From assembly GCA_002189035.1 (NCBI GenBank), contig NEEC01000013.1, positions 1,116,001 through 1,180,000 on the forward strand: a stretch of DNA of 64,000 nucleotides, written 5' to 3'. This document shows, piece after piece, positions 11,516-21,863 of the stretch. The notes below the pieces were generated by a model. That model was not told the origin of the DNA. It worked only from the letters and a program-made list of their open reading frames with translations, and did not search any database. Numbering within the stretch: position 1 is the stretch's first letter; every line of letters starts with the position of its first letter. Source of the stretch: Utricularia gibba. Lineage: Eukaryota; Plantae; Magnoliophyta. Both the position numbers and the translations under genes were made by a program.

Positions 11516-14500
11516 ATGGATGACTCGTCCGAGTCAAGAGGGTTGAATTCTTCATTTTCAGGCAGGAATCCGAGAATTCGTGGAGCAAGAACTGTTTGGT
11601 CTTCTGATGAAAATGATTTCGGTTGTGTCTCCACCAGAAATGCAAGTGAAGGAGCTAATTGGCCTCAATTTAGCTGGACGCCTAGACGTGAGAGTATTGC
11701 GGGTGGGGAAGCTTTTGGGCCGGTGGTCCGGACGTTAGATTCCAGTGAGGTGAGTTTGAGGCAGTGGTTGGATAATCCAGAAAGAACAGTAAATGCACTC
11801 GAGTGCCTTCACATCTTTTCTCAAATTGTGCATATTGTGAGCTTGGCTCATTCTCAAGGAAGTTTTTTTCACAATATTAGGCCTTCATGCTTCGTTTTGT
11901 CCTCGTTACACCATGTTTCTTTCATTAAATCTGCCTCTTGTTCGAATTTGGAATCTTATGATCATAGATCAGATGATCAAATTGCAGAGTCTGAGGAGGG
12001 CCCTTCTTCCCTTTTACCTCCAGAGTCACAATCAAATATGCATTGTGAAAGTGAACTGGTTGTACTAGATTCTATGATCGTGATGAATCGACCTCATGCT
12101 GTTCCACTAATTAAATCTCAGTCGACCTGTTTGCAATCAAGCTCAGTTGCTGGTTTTAATCCCATGGGAGCTTTTGGAAAGGGAGGAGAGGATGGAAAGA
12201 AGTCTTCCTCTCCTATGAAACAGATATTGCGCATGGAGTCAAGCTGCTATATCTCCCCTGAAGAGGAAGCTGGTGCCGCTTCATGTTCTACATCAGATAT
12301 TTATCGGCTTGGTGTATTGCTCTTTGAGGTTAGTTCTGTATATGAATATAAAATTCTTCCGAGTAAGTACTTTGTTGCATTCACATGGTGCACTTTTCCA
12401 TGTATTACCAGCTATTTTGCACCTTTACTTCATTGGAAGAGAAAATCTCAACCATGAAGAACTTGAGGCGTCGTGTACTCCCTCCAAACGTGCTTTCTAA
12501 ATGGCCTAGAGAAGCTTCATTCTGTTTGTTGTTGTTGCATCCGGAACCTGATTGCCGGCCGAAAATCAAGTGGGTTTGGTGATCTTTTGACAACTTAAAT
12601 TCTCAGTCTGCTTTCGACATATCATGATAGATGCTCTAGAGCATGATTTCTCTGTTCTTTCAAAGATTTTCCACCAATGATTCTCGTTGGATTTTGTGGG
12701 GTGTAAGCATGAAATCCAAACAAAATGAGTGGTTTAATCAGGTGAAAGAACAGGGTCAATTTGTGTGCCTCTGCTTGTTCTTACACACTTTTTTCTCTAT
12801 GCAACAGTGAAATCTTAGAAAGTGAATTTCTAAATGAACCCAGAGGTGACATAGAAGAACGACATGCAGCTACTGAACTACGGGAGAGAATAGAGGAGCA
12901 GGAGTTGTTACTGGAGTTCCTTATGCTACTTCACCGTAAGAAACAAGATGAAGCTGATAGTTTAAGGGATATCATATCTCTGTTATCTTCTGACATCGAA
13001 GAAGTGTCCAGACTTCAGGCAGATAATGGGACCAATCCTATGCCGATCAAGGAATCAGTTTCTGGCTCTCTCAACCCTATAGAGCATTATGATTCCGGCA
13101 GCTCCAGCACCAGAAAGCAAATCCTGCAAGAGGAATCTCTAGAAAAGGAAGGTGGATCTGACAATGTGGGCATGCCATTCCTACCCAAAAGTTCTCGGTT
13201 GATGAGTAATTTCAGAGAACTGGAATCAGCCTATTTCATGACGAGACGCAGATTTATGAAATCTGCATCAAAGCGGGGTGCTAGAAATTCTAAAAGGAGT
13301 AATGATGGCAGAAGTTATAGTCTACAAATTGATAGAAGTTCTATCAATAATCAGTACTCCAAAGAAAAGTCAACTGACCATAGGCAAAGTGGGTGGATAC
13401 ATACATTTCTAGAAGGATTATGCAAATACTTTACTTTCAGTAATCTAAAAGTTAAGGCAGATTTGCATCAAGGGGATCTCTTAAACTCTTCAAATTTGGT
13501 GAGCTCCCTTAGCTTTGGCCCTGATGGGGAGTTTTTAGCAACAGCAGGCGTAAACAAGAAGATTAAGGTTTTTGAATATAATTCGATCTTAAGTAGCAAC
13601 CGGGATATTCATTATCCTATGGTCGAAATGACAAGTACATCAAAGCTCAGTAGCATATGCTGGAATAGCTACATTCAAAGTCATATTGCTTCTAGTAACT
13701 TTGAAGGTGTGGTGCAGGTGAGCTAAGTTCTCTGGTACATTCAATTTTCTTTTGATTTCCTCTCATTATCACTGGTTTTGCCCTTCAGGTATGGGATGTT
13801 ACTAGAAGTCGTACCTTCATGGAAATGAAAGAACATGGACGGCGCGTCTGGTCTGTTGATTTCTCAGTTTCAGATCCGACATTGCTAGCTAGTGGGGGTG
13901 ATGATGGATCCGTTAAGCTCTGGAATATCAATCAGGCAAGCCTGCTTTCTCAGTGAACATGTTCCTGTCCCTCTTCTTACATGTGTTGCTATTGCAGGGA
14001 GCGAGTGTCAGTACAATTCAAACAAAAGCCAACGTGTGCTGTGTCCAGTTCCCTCTAACCTCTGGTCGCTCCCTAGCATATGGATCAGCTGACCATAAGA
14101 TATACTATTACGATCTTCGCAATATGAAACGACCATTATGTATTCTGACTGGCCACAAGAAGACTGTGAGCTATGTCAAGTTTATTGATTCTACAACACT
14201 TGTTTCTGCTTCCACGGACAACACATTAAAGCTCTGGAATTTATCCATGGGTGCTTCTGGAGTTATTGATTCTCCTCAGCAGTCCTATACTGGCCATTTG
14301 AATGTCAAGGTATACAACACTTGTTCTGCCGGAGCTCCCATGATTCTGCTTTATTATTAACCACAAATTGAACTCTGAACTTCTGTTTCATTTCAGAATT
14401 TCGTTGGTCTCTCTGTATCTGACGGTTACATTGCAACTGGCTCTGAGACAAACGAGGTACTTGCTGCACCTCCTACTCCCTCATCATGATATACAGCAAC

Positions 14501-14735
14501 CTGAAAATCACATGAAAAGTAACAAGAAAAGTAACACTACGTAATGGTGCAGGTTTATGTTTACCACAAGGCTTTCCCCATGCCAGCTTCTTCATTCAAA
14601 TTCACAGATCCACTTTCCACCAATGAAGTAGATGAGTCTGCTTTATTCATCTCATCTGTATGTTGGCGTGGGCAGTCTTCCACCTTGGTGGCAGCAAATT
14701 CCATGGGGAACATCAAGCTGTTAGAAATGGTTTAG
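11516..14735 (+). CDS. SPA3: SUPPRESSOR OF PHYA-105 related protein (SPA3/SPA4 clade): kinase-like domain, coiled coil, WD40 repeats
   Basis: VSLRQWLDNPERTV...ECLHIFSQIV kinase-like region; EQELLLEFL coiled coil; WD40 motifs FATAGVNKKIKVFEY, TKANVCCVQFP, YVKFIDSTTLVSASTDNTLKLW; TAG 14733-14735. SPA3 versus SPA4 is not resolved. Confidence 0.93.
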
Positions 14736-16516
14736 GGCCAATCGACCACGGAAATCAAAGATTACAGTTGAGACTTACCATTTGGACCACAATATAGTGA
14801 GTAAAATGTAAAATGGTCCCAGAAACACATTTTTGCATAGTTTGTAGCTTAAACTAATCCTAACTGAAGCAAGCATGGCAGCCTTTTGTTTTGTAGGTAC
14901 ATTTTGTAGGTACACGTGCCTACATGCTTAATTGTAGCTACATTGGTTGTAAATGGCCAAGATTGAAGAAACGTGTGTAGAAGATCTGCAAAAGGCTAAC
15001 TATCCTACATATAAATAAGATCACAACCGTAAATAAACACCATCTTAAGTCACCAATGGATCATCAATCAAGAGGACTGAGATTTCTAAACAAATCCCAA
15101 TCATCACATCTCCGTAGAGGGATAGAGCAAGCATGGAAGGTCCTCTGTATGTGACCATGCTTGATAAGTTGGTGGTTAGATCATTGCCAGCTTGTCTTAA
15201 GACTGAGTTTCTTTCGACCCAGGTAGCAAGTTCCAATCTTTCCTCAGCAGGTGACTCAAGATCCGGATGAACGGCAAAACAGTTTCATGGATGATCAAGA
15301 GAAAGCAGTGTTTCTCCAGATATCCTGTCAGAGATAAGGTACGCAAATTCTGGAGTAGGAAGGGAAGCATGTGCTGGAATTCACTGTGATTACCAATGGA
15401 CTTTAGGGCTGTAGCATGACCACGGTAGCTAAGATCTCAGACACAAGCTCCATATTTGAGGACGCTGATGAATTCGAATGAGCTTACGCCTATAGGGAAC
15501 AACACCCTTCTGTTTTCCTTCCTCAAGCCCTCATTGCATAAACTTATTGGTCTTCTTCACTGCAATGCGTTCTCAATTCCCTGCAAAAAAATTCTGTAAA
15601 ACGGTCGAAGACTGATCCAGATAGCTCAAGCTGATGCTCTGACAAGGCTGGAACAGAATCCACAAAGCATTTAGTCTCTGAGACATTTAAGCAGGCAGCT
15701 GGAGGGAAGCTTTGCCATCTGAAACAGGAGGAACTGCGGAGCGCGGCTTGAATTGTTGAACTCATGGACGTGATACCACAAAAAAAGCCCCGCTGATACA
15801 CCCAGAAAAAGTGGAAGCATTAGTCACCAAAAAATGTTCAGACAAGGTACATCAGTAAATTCCAAAAACCCCAAGAAACTTACAACCGCTGCCAATTCTG
15901 AAACACCCTGCACTCCACACAGGGTAGAAAACAACATACCTGGTCGTAAAACTTGGATTCGAGTCCGACAAAAGGGTTCGTTTGGATTCAATATCGGTAG
16001 ACTATAGGCACAGCGAATCAAAAAAAAAAATTGCTGCTTCTGGATGGTGATCGTTAAAAGTTGCTGTCTTCAACCTTCAGCTTCCACCTGGGGCGCCACT
16101 TTGAAGTGCACACAACACGTCCCCTACGCAAGTGTTCAATTTTTCATAGACCCACCACCCAAATTTCCCCCCGAGTCAAACTGAGGTATGTGGTGCGTCT
16201 CGGATACGGGTGGATGCGTGTCTGAATGCATTTGTCTAAACTGTGATATCAACATGTCAGGAGCTACAGAAAGCAAAGAATTATGGCGATGAATGTGCAT
16301 TAAACTGTGATAATGAACAAGTTTAGGTACCGAATATAAAAATACATAAAATTATTTATTCCATTTCTTGAGAAAGCTCTGGCTGTGGCGGTTAACGGAT
16401 TCCAGATGCAAGCGCCGTCTCCGGATTGTTTCGGTGAATGTCGATACGACATGAATCATAACGTGGGGAAATGCTGAATGGGAGGAGAAAGAGAATGATC
16501 TGGAATTTCTAGGGTT

Positions 16517-16861
16517 TCAGTGATTTTGTCGAGCGCATCTCGTCGCTCGGGTGCATCCGCGGCTGTATGGATTGGCCTGCTGGTGGCCGCGGCAGTTGTA
16601 GTAAGAACTGCCGCGGCGGTTGCAGGGGACGCGGTTTTTGTTCAAAGCGCCGTAACTTATGTATCCACCGCCTACGATAAGGTGCCGGCGGGCGGCTTCG
16701 GAGTCCAGCATCAACTCCTCGTCGAGATCCAGGGCGTCGGCGACCAGACCATGGCCGTCGGTTGATGCACCGACGTCTTTGTACCCGGTGGCCTGGAAGG
16801 AAGATTGGGAAACCGTCGCAAGGGTAATAATCAGAAAAGCGAACCCTAATCGGATAGCCAT
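16517..16861 (-). CDS. RALF: RALF-like secreted peptide hormone precursor, 114 aa
   Basis: Signal peptide, acidic pro-region, RRHL S1P-type cleavage site, YISYGAL motif, four Cys, ANPYSRGC. Confidence 0.95.
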   Translation of the reverse strand: MAIRLGFAFLIITLATVSQSSFQATGYKDVGASTDGHGLVADALDLDEELMLDSEAARRHLIVGGGYISYGALNKNRVPCNRRGSSYYNCRGHQQANPYSRGCTRATRCARQNH

Positions 16862-17606
16862 TGAGTGAGGGTTGAGACCGGGAATCGGATAGAGGATTTC
16901 TGCTCTTTTTTGTGATCAATTTCCTGCTTGGTGTTGGGGGATTTTATTTCTTTGTGCGGCTGTTCTTGGTTTTCGCTTCATCTCAGCCTAAGGGTGACAA
17001 GCAGAACGCTTGTTTCTTGGGAGTTATTGAGTTGCTTTAGAGGAGGAAGACAGGGGATGGAGATCCGACTCCGCCAGCGGCGCTGCTTATTTTCCGGTAG
17101 CTTCGACTGCAGGGGCAACATTGTAGGGCCCGCGGATTTCTCCTGGTCGGTCGGGGTATCATCTGACTTTCCTCTTATTAGTTTTTCTATAATTAAATAA
17201 GATTTCTTAGGCGGGCTGTAATTGCCAAATCGGCCACCACCGGCCCTTGTGATACCAGCCTGCTGATTTGCAAGCTTTGGGGCCTCACGACCGGAAAAGA
17301 AGTCCAGCCCAGCAGAGTTACTGGCCTGAGCTGTGGCCCGGTAGCTGCAGTCGTGAGTAGATCCATTTTACGGCAGTCCAACACAGATATGATTACGAGC
17401 CTCGTGTTAGGGCTCGATTTGGAGCTATTCGGGGCAGTCCAGTTTTTTGAGTCCACTATTGTTCCGGACCTCGCGTCAGGCTCGTGATCAGTGGTCGAAG
17501 TCGAAGTTGGAGTTTACTCCGGCTTCTCTTCAGAGTTCGGCTGTGGCGTCTCTAGTTCAGAGAAATGGTGTTGTTTATCACTCTATGCTTTTAAAGCGTA
17601 CCGAAT

Positions 17607-19373
17607 ATGTATCTATTCCGCAGGCGCACGTTTACGTCGCCGCCGCTGCTCTATCTGGTTCGGTTCCTGGTATCGGAGCCTGATTTCCAGAGCCGAGTTT
17701 CATCATTCATCGCGGGACAGCAGTGGTCGGATATCAAACCAATGGTGGAATCTTCTGATCCGAAAGATTTCTTGAATCGGCTTTACATGGAGAACGTTAA
17801 CTGCGAATTCATTTTATCTTACTTCAAATGGTCCCAGAAAGCCTTCCAGGTGACTTACTCTGTTGAAAGCTATATTAAAGTTACTGTTTTGCTAGCCAAC
17901 GCTGGAAAGTATTCAAAGGTTCGATCCTTGTTGCATATACTTGTGAAAGAAGTGGAGCCCATACCGATTCCAGTGGTTTTCCATGTTCTCTTGAATATTA
18001 ACAATAATGTATTCACTAATGGTGCTATTGTTGATATGTTGATGTTGGCTTCTGTGTACAATGGAAATCTTGACATGGCAGTTGAGGTATTTAAGCGCTC
18101 TGGGAATTACAGTTATAGGCTATCAACGCGTTCATGCAATGCGTTGTTGAGTGCTTTGGTGAAGGAGAAGAGAATAGGGACTGTGCAGTTTGTGTTCAAC
18201 GAGATGAGTAGGAGGAGAATTGTGATGAATACTATTACATTCAACACGGTGATCAACGGGTTATGTAAGGTCGGGGGATTGAATAAAGCAAGAGACTTGA
18301 TGGAGGATATACAGGTTTATGGGTTATCGCCCAATGTTGTCTCATATAATTCTTTGATTGCTGGATATTGTAAGAGTAATAAACTTGATAGAATGTATAA
18401 AGCGGATTCATTACTGAAGGAAATGGTGCAGAAGGGAATCACCCCAAATGAGATCACTTACAACACTCTAATTGATGGTTTCTGCAAAGATGATAATTTG
18501 TCTGCTGGGCTTGGGGTGTTCAAAGAAATGAAAGTTCAAGGTTTGAAACCACTATTGACTACATTTAATTCTCTGATTAATGGATTCTGTTCCGTTGGAA
18601 AAATCGGCAAAGCCTTGGATTTGAAGGATGAGATGATAGAGTCCGACTTGGAACCAAATGTAGTAACCTACAACTCAATAATCAAGGGGTTCTGTAAGAA
18701 GAAAATGTTGAGTGAAGCTATGGATTGTTTTGGTGATATTGAGAAGAAAGGGGTTTTGGCAAATGTATTGACATTTAATACACTGATCGATGCTCATTGT
18801 AAATCAGGGAAAATGAAGGAAGCATTGGCCTTGTGCAATGTCATGTTGGAGAAAATGGTTTCTCCTAGTGTTTCAACGTTCAATTGCTTGCTTGGTGGTT
18901 ATTATCGTAATGGAGACATTGAAGCTGCCAATGGGATTCTGGATGAAATGGAGCATAAAGGTGTAAAACCAGATGTGATCACTTACAACATTCGCATAGA
19001 TTCACTGTGCCGGAGAGGTGAAACGAGAAGAGCTGTTAGATTCATTGATGAAATGACGAGAAAAGGATTAAAACCAAATCATATCACGTACAATGCCCTG
19101 ATTTCTGGTTACTGCCTTCAGGGGAACCTCAAAGGTGCCCTTACAGTGAAGAAAAGAATGGAGAATGAAGGAAAGAGGCCAAATGTTGTAACATATAACA
19201 TATTGATCAAGGGCTATTGTAACAATAGCATGATGGAAGAAGCCTGCAAGTTTCTGAATGAGATGTTGGAGAAGGGACTGGTACCGAATCAAACAACCTA
19301 CGAAATTATCAACGAAGAGATGTTGGAAAAGGGTTATGTTCCTGAAATAGAAGGGCATCTGTATAACAACTAA
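17607..19373 (+). CDS. P-class pentatricopeptide repeat protein, 588 aa, intronless CDS, probably organelle-targeted
   Basis: Tandem 35-aa repeats (PNVVSYNSLIAGYCK, PNEITYNTLIDGFCK, PDVITYNIRIDSLCR and others); Arg-rich N-terminus; no E/DYW extension. Confidence 0.95.
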   Translation: MYLFRRRTFTSPPLLYLVRFLVSEPDFQSRVSSFIAGQQWSDIKPMVESSDPKDFLNRLYMENVNCEFILSYFKWSQKAFQVTYSVESYIKVTVLLANAGKYSKVRSLLHILVKEVEPIPIPVVFHVLLNINNNVFTNGAIVDMLMLASVYNGNLDMAVEVFKRSGNYSYRLSTRSCNALLSALVKEKRIGTVQFVFNEMSRRRIVMNTITFNTVINGLCKVGGLNKARDLMEDIQVYGLSPNVVSYNSLIAGYCKSNKLDRMYKADSLLKEMVQKGITPNEITYNTLIDGFCKDDNLSAGLGVFKEMKVQGLKPLLTTFNSLINGFCSVGKIGKALDLKDEMIESDLEPNVVTYNSIIKGFCKKKMLSEAMDCFGDIEKKGVLANVLTFNTLIDAHCKSGKMKEALALCNVMLEKMVSPSVSTFNCLLGGYYRNGDIEAANGILDEMEHKGVKPDVITYNIRIDSLCRRGETRRAVRFIDEMTRKGLKPNHITYNALISGYCLQGNLKGALTVKKRMENEGKRPNVVTYNILIKGYCNNSMMEEACKFLNEMLEKGLVPNQTTYEIINEEMLEKGYVPEIEGHLYNN

Positions 19374-19954
19374 CAGCTTTCTCTTTTCTGAGTTCAATTT
19401 GAGCCTAGAGGATGACTTGGGAGCTTTGATTCTCACTATGAGTGCAAAAGAGTATGTGATGAACGGTGATTACAGCTGTTCCCTCGTTGGGTTACTTCAT
19501 TCAGTTGTTTTCCCGACACCGCACATTGATCTGGTAAGTTTTACACCAAACATTCTTTATCACTGCTTGTTAGCTAAACAGATACCCTTTACAAACTCAA
19601 TGCATATTACCTAAACGGTATGTGAAGAACGGCTTTGATGCTCGTTTTTATTTCAGGTTCTTGAATCTGTATCAGCACCCCAAGTTTCCGAGTGTATAAT
19701 GTTCACTCAGTGCCACACCAGATTGAGAAGTCAAAAGCTTAAACTGGACTGACTGTTACATTCGGAGCTGGTTCTTCAAGAATTTTCTAACAAAAAACTG
19801 CGATCTACACAAGAGTTCTAAAGACTATGGTGTTGTGGGCGGCTGAGACTAGACAATCAGCCGGTGGTAACGGCAGCAGACATTCACATGGGGCATCGTC
19901 AGAGACCGCAGGCATTAATCCAATACACCCCTTGTTTGAGTCTCTACGACGAAC

Positions 19955-20460
19955 TTACGCTGGTTTCCATTCGCAGGCACAGTCTGTTTCAAGGCGACAA
20001 CAAATCTTCCTGAGGGGAACTATTTCCTGGAAAAGGATGTACGTGTATCAAGTAACTTTTTTATCATGTGAAGGCAAAACAGAGACATTCACCTGGACAG
20101 AAACTGATGCCCTAGCTGCCTTGGCTCCAAGGGCTGAGCGACTATTTTGGAACCAGTTCCATATCTGTTGCATACAGCTAAATACCAGTCAAAACAGTCA
20201 CGAGGTAAAAGAGCATGTCCAGCAGAAAGCTCTATACCTGCTTTGCCAAAACTTCCACCTTTCCAGATCTTTTTGCTGAGGTACTGAATGAAAGAAAAGC
20301 ACAAAACGTAGTAATTTACCCATACACATACATAACATGACACCACATGAAACAGTGAACAACCAACCTGAACTTGTGGACAAGGGCATCAAGCACTTCA
20401 CCCCAGGGGGGCAATGTATAGTGTTCTTGCAGAGTAGCTTCAATTTTTTTTTTTTTTTAC
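19955..20460 (-). pseudogene. SAWADEE HOMEODOMAIN HOMOLOG (SHH2-like) remnant; exons 20460-20368, 20283-20238, 20164-20093, 20026-19955
   Basis: Canonical GT-AG splicing gives [88 protein letters not shown]. This resembles the SHH2 homeodomain (..[30 protein letters not shown], from memory) and the SAWADEE C-terminal EIVPLRKVCRRPETD. No start exon found; an A15 run puts the first exon out of frame. Confidence 0.8.
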
Positions 20461-21819
20461 CTATGACATAACTCGAAAAATGAAAAATAAAAGCATGAGA
20501 AAACTTTCAGCATCATCCTGAGCATCCTAAAAAACGTGGAGGTGCACCAAAACTTACCAAAAATCAGAAACAATGCACATAGGCTCAGAACATTGTACAT
20601 CAACGCAAACGCATTAGACCGACATTAGCAGTGCAAAAATACAGAATTTAGCCTTCCAGAGAAAAAAAAAACAAGATTCTTAAAATCACTCAACACATAC
20701 ATAATTTCTACTCAATTTGCGTTAACAAATAATAATTCAATCCAAAAATCAAGAAAATAAATACAATAATTTTATGTGATTCATTCCAAATTAAAGTTTA
20801 TATCATAAAAATTCACTATTTATCAAAAGTAATATAAAAAGATTTATACTGCTAAACTATGACAAAATAAATTTACAGGAAAAATGACATAAAGAACATA
20901 AACAACAAGACCAACATCAAACATCAAGTCTAGAAACTTGAACTAAAACAACCAGTTAACAACAAATATACAATCATTCAAAGAGATGATGAACTATTGT
21001 GAGTCACCTCATGAATTAACCCTATTTTATACCATATTTGTATTTTGTAATTTATCTTGCCATTGGAAAAAAAAAATTGTACATTGCAATTTACAAGTTA
21101 TTTTTTTAAAGCTATGAACCTGCTTGTATATAACATTATATAATAATAGATTTAAATTATTGCGATTAATAATTTTTTTTATATGTGACATTTAGGATTA
21201 GACTATTTTAAATGTTGTATTTGATTTGATGAATTTATAATAATGGGTAAAAAATAAAATATCAAAAATATGATTTTCAAAAAATCAAAATTTCTAAAAT
21301 TTAGATGAAAAATATATTTTGTAATGATACAAAATCACTTATAAAATTTTATAAATCAGTAATAATGATGGAGACAAATAAAAAGTAACCAATACATGAC
21401 AACAAACAATCGAATTTTTCGATGGAAATAGGAATAAGCAACCAGAAAAATCAATACTTTTTATAAATGCTAGATGCAGAATAAAACCTTATGAACACCT
21501 AATCATGAATATTTTTTTAAATATAAAACATGTAACATATAATATTTTTTAAAATTTAATTTGATGATAATGTTTGTATTGATATTTTTATAATAAATTT
21601 AATAATTTTTAATTATAATTTAAAAACTTTAAAAAATAAAAATATTTGAAATTATCCGATTGAATTTATGTTTTGATTTTTAAAATAAAACCCTGTATAC
21701 GAAAATCGGGAATTCGAGTTTCGGAGTGGATAGCCGCTCGATTTCTTTGTGTCTTGGTAGCTGACTCTCCGTTGTTCGCGCGCTTGTTTGCAGCTTTCTT
21801 TCTGAGTGCACCTTTGCGT

Positions 21820-21828
21820 AAACCCTAA
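21820..21828 (+). promoter_or_regulatory. Telo-box upstream of API5
   Basis: AAACCCTAA 36 bp before the ATG. Confidence 0.5.
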
Positions 21829-21863
21829 CCCTCCTTCCCAACTCGTAATCACTGAATTGAGCC

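Noticed and set aside
15111-15131. Partial resemblance to a miR390/TAS3 target site on the minus strand
   Set aside because: The seed-pairing half (CCTGAGCTT) is absent and no tasiARF sequence is nearby.
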